Shown piece after piece: positions 36,422 to 45,198 of a stretch of 59,609 bases of DNA. The stretch covers positions 1-59,609 of the forward strand of contig CAYFPZ010000094.1 in NCBI GenBank assembly GCA_964345105.1, read 5' to 3'. The DNA is from Candidatus Hadarchaeota archaeon. Its GTDB lineage: Archaea > Hadarchaeota > Hadarchaeia > Hadarchaeales > Hadarchaeaceae. Each line of letters opens with the position of its first letter. Position 1 is the stretch's first letter. The notes beneath the pieces were generated by a model that searched no databases, was not told where the DNA came from, and saw only the letters and a list, made by a program, of their open reading frames with translations. The position numbers were made by a program, and so were the translations under genes.

Positions 36422-36743
36422 CTCGAATCATGCTCCTTATGGTTCTCACATTCCTTACGTTCTTCTTGGCTATGCGCGTCGCCAAGTTGTCTACCGCGTA
36501 AGGATCGTATGCTAGCTTCAGTCCCTCGAAAGTGGTCACCATCGCAGCAACGGCGGTTCGCTTGTTATAGTCTTCAAAAGCATGGCCGACCAACAACGCC
36601 CGAACCACGTACGCCAGCTGTGACAGCCAATCCTTCGTCTGCTCTTGTGCAGAGACGGCGAAATCTAGGTTGTCCTCGTTAATCAATCTCCCTGTTCCTC
36701 CAAAGCTTTTGTTCAGCACCACAATTTCTTTTTTCTTCCACAT
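36408..36743 (-). CDS. Fic/Doc-family protein (death-on-curing toxin-like)
   Basis: GHAFEDYNKRTA matches the Doc motif HxFxDxNKR. About 111 aa from the ATG at 36743. The track ORF starts 36 nt further upstream. Confidence 0.7.
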   Translation of the reverse strand: MWKKKEIVVLNKSFGGTGRLINEDNLDFAVSAQEQTKDWLSQLAYVVRALLVGHAFEDYNKRTAVAAMVTTFEGLKLAYDPYAVDNLATRIAKKNVRNVRTIRSMIRDVIR

Positions 36744-36798
36744 GTGCGTAAAAGTGTGTATAAATAAGTAATTTAACATTTGTGTTCAAGGCTTGTAA

Positions 36799-37368
36799 AT
36801 GGAAAAACCTAAATCCGAACGAACTGAAGTTGCTGGGGAGCGCATGGGAGAGCAATCGGGCACTTCTAAAAACTCCAGAGGTCTTCTCATATTGGGGGAG
36901 CACTTCGAGTTCCGTGAAAACGGATCTTTGAAAGTCGACTTCGACGAAAAAGTTATCGAGTTCGACCCAAGCAGCCGGAACCACCTCAGACGGCTCGAAC
37001 AGGTCCTGAAGCGAAAGCTCCTCGACGAACTCGAACCAGCAGTTACCTACTATAGCAAAAAGTTGGGAGTGAAATTCAAAAGAATAACCATAAGGAAATC
37101 AAGAACTAGGTGGGGTAGCTGCTCGTCCTATGGAAATTTGAACTTCAACCTCCAGCTGGTCTATCTCCCTCCCGACCTCATCCGGTACGTCGCATGTCAC
37201 GAGGTCGCACACCTGAAAGAAAACCATCACGGCAAGGCTTTCTGGGAAATCTTGAAGAATGAATTCAAGAACTACAGAGAAATAAAAAAACGTCTCCGAG
37301 TACTGGTCCTTGTCCGGAAAACTAACTTTTTTCTCGACCTAGGTAAAGCCTCGCACCTTCCCAAATAA
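36799..37368 (+). CDS. YgjP/DUF45 (M48-like, SprT-like) metal-dependent hydrolase
   Basis: RTRWGSCSSYGNLNFNLQLVYLPPDLIRYVACHEVAHLKENHHGKAFW (HExxH). Confidence 0.85.
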   Translation: MEKPKSERTEVAGERMGEQSGTSKNSRGLLILGEHFEFRENGSLKVDFDEKVIEFDPSSRNHLRRLEQVLKRKLLDELEPAVTYYSKKLGVKFKRITIRKSRTRWGSCSSYGNLNFNLQLVYLPPDLIRYVACHEVAHLKENHHGKAFWEILKNEFKNYREIKKRLRVLVLVRKTNFFLDLGKASHLPK

Positions 37369-37900
37369 TCCAAATCGAGGCAAAGAGCCCTGAAATCGCC
37401 TCCGGAATCGCCACGCCGTCCCAGCTAAACGCCCAAGGTACAGCCGCAAAGACTCCTATCAAAATAGTGAAGTACCCGAACTTCTCAGAGCCTGACAGAA
37501 TCGCGCTGGCGCCGAGCAGGAAAAGCGAGATGGGAAACAGCACGAAGAACGCCACCGAGAAGTAGAAGTGGATGACCCCTGCAGCCTCCGAGAACACCCC
37601 TATGCCGAACAGAGCGACGGCGTCAAGAAACAACGCTACCGCCCCCACACGCCCCAGAGTTCGCTTCCTAAAGGCCACCCACAGGCCGACTGCAAAAATC
37701 ATCGTGAGAATTCCGCCGACCATCAGCCCAGAGTTGAACACCCAAGCGGCTTCCCCCACGCCAAGGTCGCTCAGCGCGTTCGCCGTCCAGCTGAACCACG
37801 GAGACAGATATATGGCGATGAAAATACATGAAAATGCCACCACCGGGACGATCACCCCACAAATCCCGGCGACCCGTAACTTCTTTTCACTAGAGAGCAT
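37322..37900 (-). CDS. DUF998-like polytopic membrane protein
   Basis: About 6 TM segments. LSPWFSWTANALSDLG is typical of DUF998. The ATG at 37900 is preferred because the track start at 37945 overlaps the nitroreductase gene by 56 nt. Confidence 0.6.
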   Translation of the reverse strand: MLSSEKKLRVAGICGVIVPVVAFSCIFIAIYLSPWFSWTANALSDLGVGEAAWVFNSGLMVGGILTMIFAVGLWVAFRKRTLGRVGAVALFLDAVALFGIGVFSEAAGVIHFYFSVAFFVLFPISLFLLGASAILSGSEKFGYFTILIGVFAAVPWAFSWDGVAIPEAISGLFASIWIIWEGARLYLGREKS

Positions 37901-38456
37901 TGGGGCCCGGATAAATATTTGATGCTTTCCCTTTATATTCCTCAAACCCCACGATCTTACTCAATCGCTTCTTTCGACGGAAAAAGTGCAAAATTTTCGC
38001 CAACAAGTCAAATTTCTTGCGCGGGTATCCCACTGCCAAGAGTGCAACCACCTTCAAGTGCTCCGGGATCTTCAACAGCCTCTTGACCAGCCCTTCATCG
38101 AAGCTTCCAATCCAACAAGTTCCTAGGCCCTCACCAGTTGCTGCTAAGACCATGTTCTGCATGGCGATGGTGACATCGACCACATGCCATTTTGGCGAGG
38201 CCTTCCGGTCGCCGCAGCCGATGATCACGACTGGGGACTCCTTCAGAAAACCGGCAAACCTACCGCTCTTCGCGATTCGCTTTCTCTTCTCCAAGTCCGT
38301 CACGACGATGAAGTACCAAGGCTGAAGGTTTTCGGCCGAGGGTGCCAAACGGGCCGCCTCTAAAATTCTTTCCAGTTTTTCCTTCGGTACTGGAGTTGGG
38401 GCGTACGCCCGGACCGACTTCCTCCTCCGAATGGCTTCAAATACATCCATTTTCAA
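37890..38456 (-). CDS. Nitroreductase-family (FMN) protein
   Basis: VFEAIRRRKSVRAYAPTPVPKEKLERILEAARLAPSAENLQPWYFIVV. Confidence 0.88.
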   Translation of the reverse strand: MKMDVFEAIRRRKSVRAYAPTPVPKEKLERILEAARLAPSAENLQPWYFIVVTDLEKRKRIAKSGRFAGFLKESPVVIIGCGDRKASPKWHVVDVTIAMQNMVLAATGEGLGTCWIGSFDEGLVKRLLKIPEHLKVVALLAVGYPRKKFDLLAKILHFFRRKKRLSKIVGFEEYKGKASNIYPGPNAL

Positions 38457-38721
38457 GCCAGCCTTTCTTTTCTACATAGTCGAAAAATTCTTGTTCGACG
38501 TTCTTATGCCAATTTTAAATAAAAAGGTATCTGTTAAAATTTTTATGCCAATCAGCCGTTTCAGTCAGCTCCATCACTTTGACAAATTTTTATACACGAA
38601 TTGCAAATGCCGGCGAGTATTGAATCAAGGCCGAGACTAGACTGAAATATTTTTTTCGTATTTTTAACCTAATTTTTAGTCATTTTTTCTATAATTTAAG
38701 TATATTTTTAACCGAAAAACC

Positions 38722-38727
38722 TATATA
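38722..38727 (+). promoter_or_regulatory. Candidate BRE/TATA for the downstream structured RNA
   Basis: GAAAAACC-TATATA lies about 23-27 nt upstream of the G-rich start of the 38749 stem. Confidence 0.4.
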
Positions 38728-38748
38728 CGGGGGTAATAACATTTTAGT

Positions 38749-38899
38749 GGCGCGCGCATGAATAAAACTTTGGACTTATACAGATTGAGTGTTGTGCCAG
38801 AGTTGTTGCCACCATCGTCCTGCTGACTGTCAGCGGCATAGCATGGTACATTACGCGCGCGCCATATCCGACGTAGCGATGATAGGTGGTTGTTTTTTT
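38749..38899 (+). ncRNA. Unclassified structured RNA candidate (about 150 nt)
   Basis: The 480-bp gap has no ORF of 60 aa or more. The 10-bp GC stem TGGCGCGCGC (38748-57) / GCGCGCGCCA (38855-64) encloses hairpins including GCTGA-CTG-TCAGC. A TATA box lies upstream and a T7 run follows at 38893-99. Confidence 0.4.
38893..38899 (+). terminator. Oligo-T archaeal terminator candidate
   Basis: The TTTTTTT run occurs only on the plus strand, 30 nt after the closing stem. Confidence 0.35.
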
Positions 38900-38939
38900 C
38901 GCCCCTTTTAGGTTTATAATAAATTAATTTCGGCGCCCA

Positions 38940-40127
38940 TTACTCTGGAACAAGCGCTACAAAGGAATATCTTTTCAACCTGCCGAGCTTCCTCACATCC
39001 TGAAGCTTTAACTCAGAAATTCTTTGCTCATATCTGTAAAATTCTTCTGCAGAACCCGCGAGTTCTTCCCTAAGCAACGCGAGGGCAACCTTGTTACTAT
39101 CCTCTTGGAGCAATTTGTATCGACCGATCAGTTGCTCTTTTGATTCTTCAAACTCTTTTTTATCTAGCTCCCGCATTTTTTTGATTTCCTTTAAAATGAG
39201 TTTCTTTACCTGCTTGAAGTGTCCCGCATCTGTACCGACGTAAATTAAATTATGCCCGTAATCAACTCCAATTTGAGGATACGAGCCGACATGATAGGCA
39301 AGTCCTCTTTTGTCCCTTATCTCTTGGAATAATCTAGAAGATCCCCCGCCCGAAAGAATGACATTGAACGATTCAAGCGCATACCTCATTCTATCCCTCA
39401 AAGTCGCCGTGTGAAAAGCGAGCACGAGGTGCGCTTGTTTAAGCTCTTTTCTCCTCTCCACCGCCTGTTTGTTTATTTTATTTATCTTCAATTTTGATGG
39501 AGGCGCCCGCTTAACAGTTATTTTCCGTTCAGCAACCTCAATTACCTCGTCGAAATCGGCTTCACCGACAACGCAAAGGACGGGATTATTGTAAAGGTTG
39601 AAAAATCTCAAAAGAATTTCCCTAGAGATTGGTTTGATTGTCTTTTCCGTCCCCACGATTTTCATTCCAAAGGGTTTCTCGTACAAAAAAGATTTTGCCC
39701 TTTCGAAAACGTACATCGCAGGTGTATCGTGATGCATCTTTACTTCTTCTAAAACAACTTTCTTCTCTTTCTCTATTTTTTGTTCATCAAAAGCGGGATT
39801 TGTCAGCATATCAGAAAGCAAATCCACTCCCAAATCCAAATATTGAGATGGCAATTTTGTCCAAAACGCTGTTACCTCTTCGTCGGTGAATCCGTTAAGT
39901 ATCCCCCCACGCTTCTCCACGGTGGCCGAAATTTCCTTGGAAGACTTGGTCTTCGTCCCCTGAAAAATACAGTGCTCTAGATAGTGCGCAACTCCTTTGA
40001 ATTCGGCTGGCTCGTGAGCGGCACCCAACCTGTAGGCTAAAAGGGAAGTCACAACTGGAGACTTTCTGCGCTCAAGTAACACTGTCAAGCCGTTGTCTAG
40101 CTTAGTCTTGTAAAATTCTGATTTCAT
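38940..40127 (-). CDS. M16-family (pitrilysin/insulinase-like) zinc peptidase
   Basis: 395 aa. N-terminal GVAHYLEHCIFQGT (inverted HxxEH zinc motif). Confidence 0.88.
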   Translation of the reverse strand: MKSEFYKTKLDNGLTVLLERRKSPVVTSLLAYRLGAAHEPAEFKGVAHYLEHCIFQGTKTKSSKEISATVEKRGGILNGFTDEEVTAFWTKLPSQYLDLGVDLLSDMLTNPAFDEQKIEKEKKVVLEEVKMHHDTPAMYVFERAKSFLYEKPFGMKIVGTEKTIKPISREILLRFFNLYNNPVLCVVGEADFDEVIEVAERKITVKRAPPSKLKINKINKQAVERRKELKQAHLVLAFHTATLRDRMRYALESFNVILSGGGSSRLFQEIRDKRGLAYHVGSYPQIGVDYGHNLIYVGTDAGHFKQVKKLILKEIKKMRELDKKEFEESKEQLIGRYKLLQEDSNKVALALLREELAGSAEEFYRYEQRISELKLQDVRKLGRLKRYSFVALVPE

Positions 40128-40249
40128 TGGATCCCAGCCACCATAGGAATCGGGCGCGCGGATTAATAAAATTCACGAAAGGAGCCGTCTCAGGGAATCA
40201 AGCTTTGGAGACCTTATTTTGTTAAGATTAGCATATATTATCTGTTAAG

Positions 40250-40876
40250 ATGGAAGTCAAAAGGAAACTCAAGGAGTTACCTAGCTACCCGAGAGAACTC
40301 GGCTTGAATCTGGGAAAGCCAAAAGACCGATTCAAGTGGTTCCTAGCATCAATGTTGTTCGCCAAACGTATCTCAGCTGAAATAGCGAAGAGGACTTACA
40401 TGGAGTTTGAAAGGGCTGGAATAAACACGCCCGAGAAAATTTTGGACGCGGGATGGGACAAGCTCGTCGAAATTTTGGACTCCGGTGGGTACGTACGTTA
40501 CGATTTTTCCACCGCCACAAAATTGCTTGAGGTGTCTAAATCGCTGAAGGAGAAATATAGATCACTTGAAAATCTGCACGCGAGCGCCAAGGACAGCGGG
40601 GACCTAGAGAAAAGATTGCTGGAATTCAGGGGCGTGGGGCCTACAACGGTCAATATATTCTTGAGGGAGCTGAGGTTTGTGTGGAGAAAGGCCGACCCAA
40701 AGGTCTCACGCCTCGCCGCCGATGTCGCGAGTAAACTAGGGCTGGAGAAGGAGAGTGAGATAAAATCCTTCGCATCCCAGTTGGTTAGGTTGAATCTAAA
40801 GTATTGCAAGTCCCGAAAGTGTCAAAGCTGCCCCGTAAGGAATTGTTGTAAAGAATTTATGGTTCAGATCAGTTAA
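40250..40876 (+). CDS. HhH-GPD/endonuclease III-like base-excision repair protein with C-terminal Cys cluster
   Basis: LLEFRGVGPTTVNIFLRELR (helix-hairpin-helix). The C-terminal YCKSRKCQSCPVRNCC has spacing C-x4-C-x2-C-x4-CC. Confidence 0.6.
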   Translation: MEVKRKLKELPSYPRELGLNLGKPKDRFKWFLASMLFAKRISAEIAKRTYMEFERAGINTPEKILDAGWDKLVEILDSGGYVRYDFSTATKLLEVSKSLKEKYRSLENLHASAKDSGDLEKRLLEFRGVGPTTVNIFLRELRFVWRKADPKVSRLAADVASKLGLEKESEIKSFASQLVRLNLKYCKSRKCQSCPVRNCCKEFMVQIS

Positions 40877-41042
40877 TCAACACCCCCATTGAAGTTATCG
40901 GCGATGAAATTCCAGCAAAAAAATCAACCCCTAAGCACCATCATTTGCGAAAAGTTCTCATAATAAACGGAAAAACCGAATCTAAACTGCGTTTAAATAA
41001 TATTTCTAAATCGGAAATATCTCCATTTTAAAAAACAAATTA

Positions 41043-41048
41043 TTTATA
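41043..41048 (+). promoter_or_regulatory. Candidate TATA box for the downstream structured RNA
   Basis: TTTATA lies about 24-29 nt upstream of G41072 in an AT-rich spacer. Confidence 0.45.
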
Positions 41049-41071
41049 GAAGTTAAATTTAACAAATAAAT

Positions 41072-41306
41072 GGCGGGGATAGAAGCCTACAGAGGAGGCC
41101 GAACTGAAGTCTACGGACGACAGGGAGCCGCGAAAAAACGTGGACGAAAAACCACGGACGGTCGCGGATAAGCACTAGGAAGCATGGTGTGAGGCAACGA
41201 CTGTGGGATAAAGGTCCTGATGTGAAAAAACGTTGAGCAACGGAAGTGGTCGAGACTCCGAAGCTTGACGAGATAGTAACGGAAGGGTCAAAGTCCCCGC
41301 CATTTT
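41072..41306 (+). ncRNA. Structured non-coding RNA, about 230 nt, unclassified (weak RNase P RNA-like features)
   Basis: A GC-rich island in an ORF-free AT-rich gap. The terminal helix GGCGGGGA/TCCCCGCC encloses several internal hairpins. A TATA box lies upstream and ATTTTGTTTTT follows immediately. See the finding for motif details. Confidence 0.55.
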
Positions 41307-41312
41307 GTTTTT
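41302..41312 (+). terminator. Oligo-T archaeal terminator candidate
   Basis: ATTTTGTTTTT lies directly after the closing helix of the RNA candidate. Confidence 0.4.
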
Positions 41313-41355
41313 ACTTTAGCGCGAGGAGCCCCTTTCATAGTCGTGGAGGAGACAC

Positions 41356-42141
41356 TCAGTTAGCTAAATCGACCCATTCAATTTTTGCCCTATCCCACTC
41401 TTGAATCGGGTGCCCAATTTTTTCTAAGAATTCTCTGACCTCTTCCTCATTTAGTTTGACGATATCCTCTAGAACCGGTATTAAAATACACAACGCGTTC
41501 GACGAAAGTACTGTTCTTTTAGAGATGTGCCCAAGGAAAGGTGAGGGCGAGACGGCTATCGGGTAACCATTGTAAGTTTTTACGTGTAACATCACGTACA
41601 TATCGGAATGACCATCTCCTACATAGACGGTTCTTTCTGGAGGGATTCTCTCCTTACTTCTGGCCAAATTAAGGGCTTGTACCTTAGCCGATCCTGCCCT
41701 AACCCATTCAACACCTTTAACTACCCCTTTTTCATCGTAGGTGTACAAGGTACCGTAAATATGATTTTTAGGAATTATGCCTTTCAACGCTTCTTCAACT
41801 ATTTTTTGGGGAGAAGCAGAAATTACATAAGGGACAAAGCGTTTCCCACGAAAGCCTTTCCGTAGCAAGCCAATGAGTTCAGGAATATTCATCTTAAGCT
41901 TTACCTCTCTTCCAACCTCTCGGAGAAGCTTTCGAGTAACTTTTCCCTTGTAGTTAAAATCGTGAATTATAAGATAAGATAGCTCACCACCTAACTTGGC
42001 GATGCTCTTCCGCCTTAATTTTTCGATTTTTTTATCGAAATCCTCCCGTGAGATCCCCAGTTTTTGACTCAAGAGAAACCCGGTATCCTGAACGCTCAAA
42101 GTCTTGTCGAAGTCCAATGCGAACAAATACCTCTCTTCCAT
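41356..42141 (-). CDS. HAD-superfamily phosphatase (phosphoserine phosphatase-like)
   Basis: YLFALDFDKTLS (DxDxT), VISASP and VYVGDGHSD. Confidence 0.75.
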   Translation of the reverse strand: MEERYLFALDFDKTLSVQDTGFLLSQKLGISREDFDKKIEKLRRKSIAKLGGELSYLIIHDFNYKGKVTRKLLREVGREVKLKMNIPELIGLLRKGFRGKRFVPYVISASPQKIVEEALKGIIPKNHIYGTLYTYDEKGVVKGVEWVRAGSAKVQALNLARSKERIPPERTVYVGDGHSDMYVMLHVKTYNGYPIAVSPSPFLGHISKRTVLSSNALCILIPVLEDIVKLNEEEVREFLEKIGHPIQEWDRAKIEWVDLAN

Positions 42142-42308
42142 TTTTCCACCTTCATCTTTCCAATTGTAAGTTAGCCTTTGTGTTCAGAGGGGTTTATATA
42201 GCTTGTGGAAAGCCAATTACACCAACCAAAAAAAAAGCTGGATGAAACCTTGTCGTTCACGGCGCCCTGGGCCAACTTTTATCTGAAAAGCGGACGATTG
42301 TTTTTACG

Positions 42309-44741
42309 ATGCACATGAAAGGTTTACTGCTTGATGTCGACTACGCTGAAGAAGAAGCGCAACCCTGCATAAGGCTATTCCTGAAGAGTGGGGCAGAGAT
42401 GATTGTCGCCATCGACCCGACATTCGAACAATATCTCTATGTTGTGGCCAGTGACGCCAAAAAAACGGCGAAGCTCATCTCCAAACTCGAACTCAGCGAG
42501 CACGGGCGCACCCTAAAGCCGAAATCAGTCAATTTTTTTAAGCGGAATTTCCTCGGAAGTGAAGTCGAAACCATAAAGGTGACTTTCCACCACTCAAAAG
42601 ACATGTCCCGGCTCAGACATGAGATACGCGAGCTACCGGGGGTAAAAGATATCTACGAGTTTGATATCCCCTCCTCGAGGCGCTACCTAGTCGACAGAGA
42701 ACTTACCCCTATGTCGGGCGTCAGCGTAAGCGGCAAGGTGGAGGAGGGAAAAGATATCAAAATACTGATGCTTGAGAGCCCACCTAAACCAGCCGATGTA
42801 CCTGAGCAAAAGTTGAACGTGATGAGCTTCGACATCGAAGTTTACAACCCCGCGGGAACCCCCCGACCTGACAAGGACCCAGTTCTCATGGTAAGCCTGG
42901 CCGACAACCGAGGTTTCAAAAAAGTCATCACATGGAAGGATCTCAAGGTGAAACTCGATTACGTTGAGGTCGTGGAGAGCGAGAGAGAAATGCTCAGACG
43001 CTTCGTCGAGTTAGTCGAGAAGCGTGACGTTGATATCCTGCTCGGATACAACACCGATCTCTTCGACTTTCCCTACTTGCGCGAACGGGCAAAGCAGCTA
43101 AAAATCAAGCTGAAACTTGGACGAGATGGCTCAGAAGTGATAACTCGCAAGCGGCGTTTCGCGACGGCGACCCGGGTTCGAGGACGGGTGCACATCGACG
43201 TTTACACGATGGTGAACTTTCTCGCGACGATAGGGACGATAAGGCTCATCCACTACACCCTCGAGGACGTTTATCGACATATGCTGGGTAAGGAGAAACC
43301 TGATTTCGAATTCACTGAGATGGTCAAGGCTTGGGAACATGGAGGAGAACCCGCGAGAAAATTGCTCGAGTACTCGATGTCGGATGCTGAGGCGACGCTC
43401 GAGCTGGGACTCGAGTTGCTCCCGCTATTTTTCGAGTTGACGCGGACGGTCGGACAAACGCCCTTCGATGTCAGCAGGATGACGCCGGGACAGCTCGTTG
43501 AATGGTTGCTAATCCGTGAAGCTCACAAACGAAACGAACTCGTACCTGTTAGACCTGTGGGTGAGGAGTACGAGGAACGACTCGAGGAAACCTACATTGG
43601 CGCGTACGTCATGGAACCTGAGAAAGGTCTACACGAGGGTATCGTAGTGTTCGATTTTAGGAGCCTGTACCCAAGTATAATAGTATCGCACAACATTGAC
43701 CCCTCAACGCTCAACTGCAAGTGCTGCGCGCCCAGCGAGACCACACAAGCTCCAGAGCTTGATTATTACTTTTGTACCAAGCGGAAGGCATTCATACCAG
43801 TAACGCTCGAACGACTCATTCAAGAGCGCGTGCGGTTGAAGCGGGAGCTGAAAAAACAAAAGCGGGGGAGCAGGGAATATCGCTCGCTCGATGCGCAGCA
43901 AATGGCGCTCAAAATCATAGCGAACAGTTTCTACGGTATGTTAGGATATCCGCGGGCACGTTGGTACTTCAAACAATGCGCCGAAAGCGTTACGAGTTTT
44001 GGAAGACACTACATCCGCCAGACGATTGAAATGGCGAAGGATTTCGGTCTTGAGGTGATCTACGGAGATACGGATTCGCTTTTCTGCAAACTCAACGCCA
44101 AAAGCCGCGAGGATGCGATGCGATTTCTAAAGCAGGTAAACGAGAGCCTTCCAGGCATCATCGAGCTTGATTTCGAGGGCTTTTACCCCCGCGGCGTGTT
44201 CGTCACCAAGAAGCGTTACGCGATGATTGACGAGGAGGGAAGAATGGTAGTTAAAGGTCTAGAGTTCGTCCGTCGTGATTGGGCAGCGCTTGCAAAGAAA
44301 ACCCAAGAAGAGGTGCTCAGGGCTATCCTCAAAGATGGCTTGCCGAAAAAAGCAGCTGAACTCATACGAAAAACTACCCGCGACGTGCTTGAGGGTCGTG
44401 CCAGTTTGGACGACCTCGTGATCTACACCCGGCTCAAGATGCCCATTGAGAGCTACCGCTCAATAGGCCCCCATGTGGTAGCGGCGAAAAGGCTCCGTGA
44501 GCTGGGGCGAGAGGTAGAACCCGGGATGGTGATAGCCTACATCGAAGCCAAGGGTGCGGGGAGCATAAGCGAGCGCGCCATTCCTGTGGAGGATTTCAAG
44601 GGTAGAGAGTATGACCCTGAGTACTATGTGGGGCACCAGGTTCTACCCGCTGTAATGCGGATTATGGAGGTTTTGGGATACAAGGAGGAGGATTTGCGCT
44701 TCGAGCGGCAAAAGCAGGTAAAGCTAGCGAAGTTCACGTAA
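42309..44741 (+). CDS. polB: DNA polymerase, family B
   Basis: 810 aa. Exo motifs FDIEV and YNTDLFDFPYL. Pol motifs DFRSLYPSII, KIIANSFYG and YGDTDSLF. No intein-sized insertion. Confidence 0.96.
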   Translation: MHMKGLLLDVDYAEEEAQPCIRLFLKSGAEMIVAIDPTFEQYLYVVASDAKKTAKLISKLELSEHGRTLKPKSVNFFKRNFLGSEVETIKVTFHHSKDMSRLRHEIRELPGVKDIYEFDIPSSRRYLVDRELTPMSGVSVSGKVEEGKDIKILMLESPPKPADVPEQKLNVMSFDIEVYNPAGTPRPDKDPVLMVSLADNRGFKKVITWKDLKVKLDYVEVVESEREMLRRFVELVEKRDVDILLGYNTDLFDFPYLRERAKQLKIKLKLGRDGSEVITRKRRFATATRVRGRVHIDVYTMVNFLATIGTIRLIHYTLEDVYRHMLGKEKPDFEFTEMVKAWEHGGEPARKLLEYSMSDAEATLELGLELLPLFFELTRTVGQTPFDVSRMTPGQLVEWLLIREAHKRNELVPVRPVGEEYEERLEETYIGAYVMEPEKGLHEGIVVFDFRSLYPSIIVSHNIDPSTLNCKCCAPSETTQAPELDYYFCTKRKAFIPVTLERLIQERVRLKRELKKQKRGSREYRSLDAQQMALKIIANSFYGMLGYPRARWYFKQCAESVTSFGRHYIRQTIEMAKDFGLEVIYGDTDSLFCKLNAKSREDAMRFLKQVNESLPGIIELDFEGFYPRGVFVTKKRYAMIDEEGRMVVKGLEFVRRDWAALAKKTQEEVLRAILKDGLPKKAAELIRKTTRDVLEGRASLDDLVIYTRLKMPIESYRSIGPHVVAAKRLRELGREVEPGMVIAYIEAKGAGSISERAIPVEDFKGREYDPEYYVGHQVLPAVMRIMEVLGYKEEDLRFERQKQVKLAKFT

Positions 44742-45141
44742 TGAGCAATTCGCCCTCTGAAGTCACAACTATATCAAAACTTTGAGTTACCGACCGACCG
44801 TATAGTTTATCCCCCGCCCCTTCACGGATTTTGGATATTACATCAAGTGTGCTGAGCTTGACTCGAATCTTCGCAGCATCTGCCGCTTTAAACAATCTCT
44901 TGGGCACTTTCAAAATATCGTCATCCCGCTTGACCTTAAGCACAACTGGAGCACGGAACTTTGCAGCCAGCTTGAGCGTGCGCTCTGCCCGCGCGATGTT
45001 ATCCCTCGCCCTGCGTTCAAGAATGCAAACATTAGCGCGGGAGGTCCGCAGCATTCGAGCTATCTCAGTTTGGGTCAATCCTTTCACGCGGAGCTCAAGA
45101 ACTCGCGCCTGCGCCTCGGTTAGGAAGGTGCCCTTACTCAT
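44734..45141 (-). CDS. tfx: Tfx-family DNA-binding protein
   Basis: FLTEAQARVLELRVKGLTQTEIARMLRTSRANVCILERRARDNI (LuxR/sigma-r4-type HTH) plus the Tfx C-domain. 135 aa. Confidence 0.85.
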   Translation of the reverse strand: MSKGTFLTEAQARVLELRVKGLTQTEIARMLRTSRANVCILERRARDNIARAERTLKLAAKFRAPVVLKVKRDDDILKVPKRLFKAADAAKIRVKLSTLDVISKIREGAGDKLYGRSVTQSFDIVVTSEGELLIT

Positions 45142-45198
45142 GACATCAAGTTTAATTTGGATGCAGGATTAAACAACTTTTGCTCGGATGGCATTTGA

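Noticed and set aside
41072-41306. Confident annotation of the 230-nt RNA as RNase P RNA or SRP RNA.
   Set aside because: Only a CR-I-like/P4-like pairing could be drawn. CR-IV and CR-V and the SRP helix 8 consensus were not found, so it is kept as unclassified.
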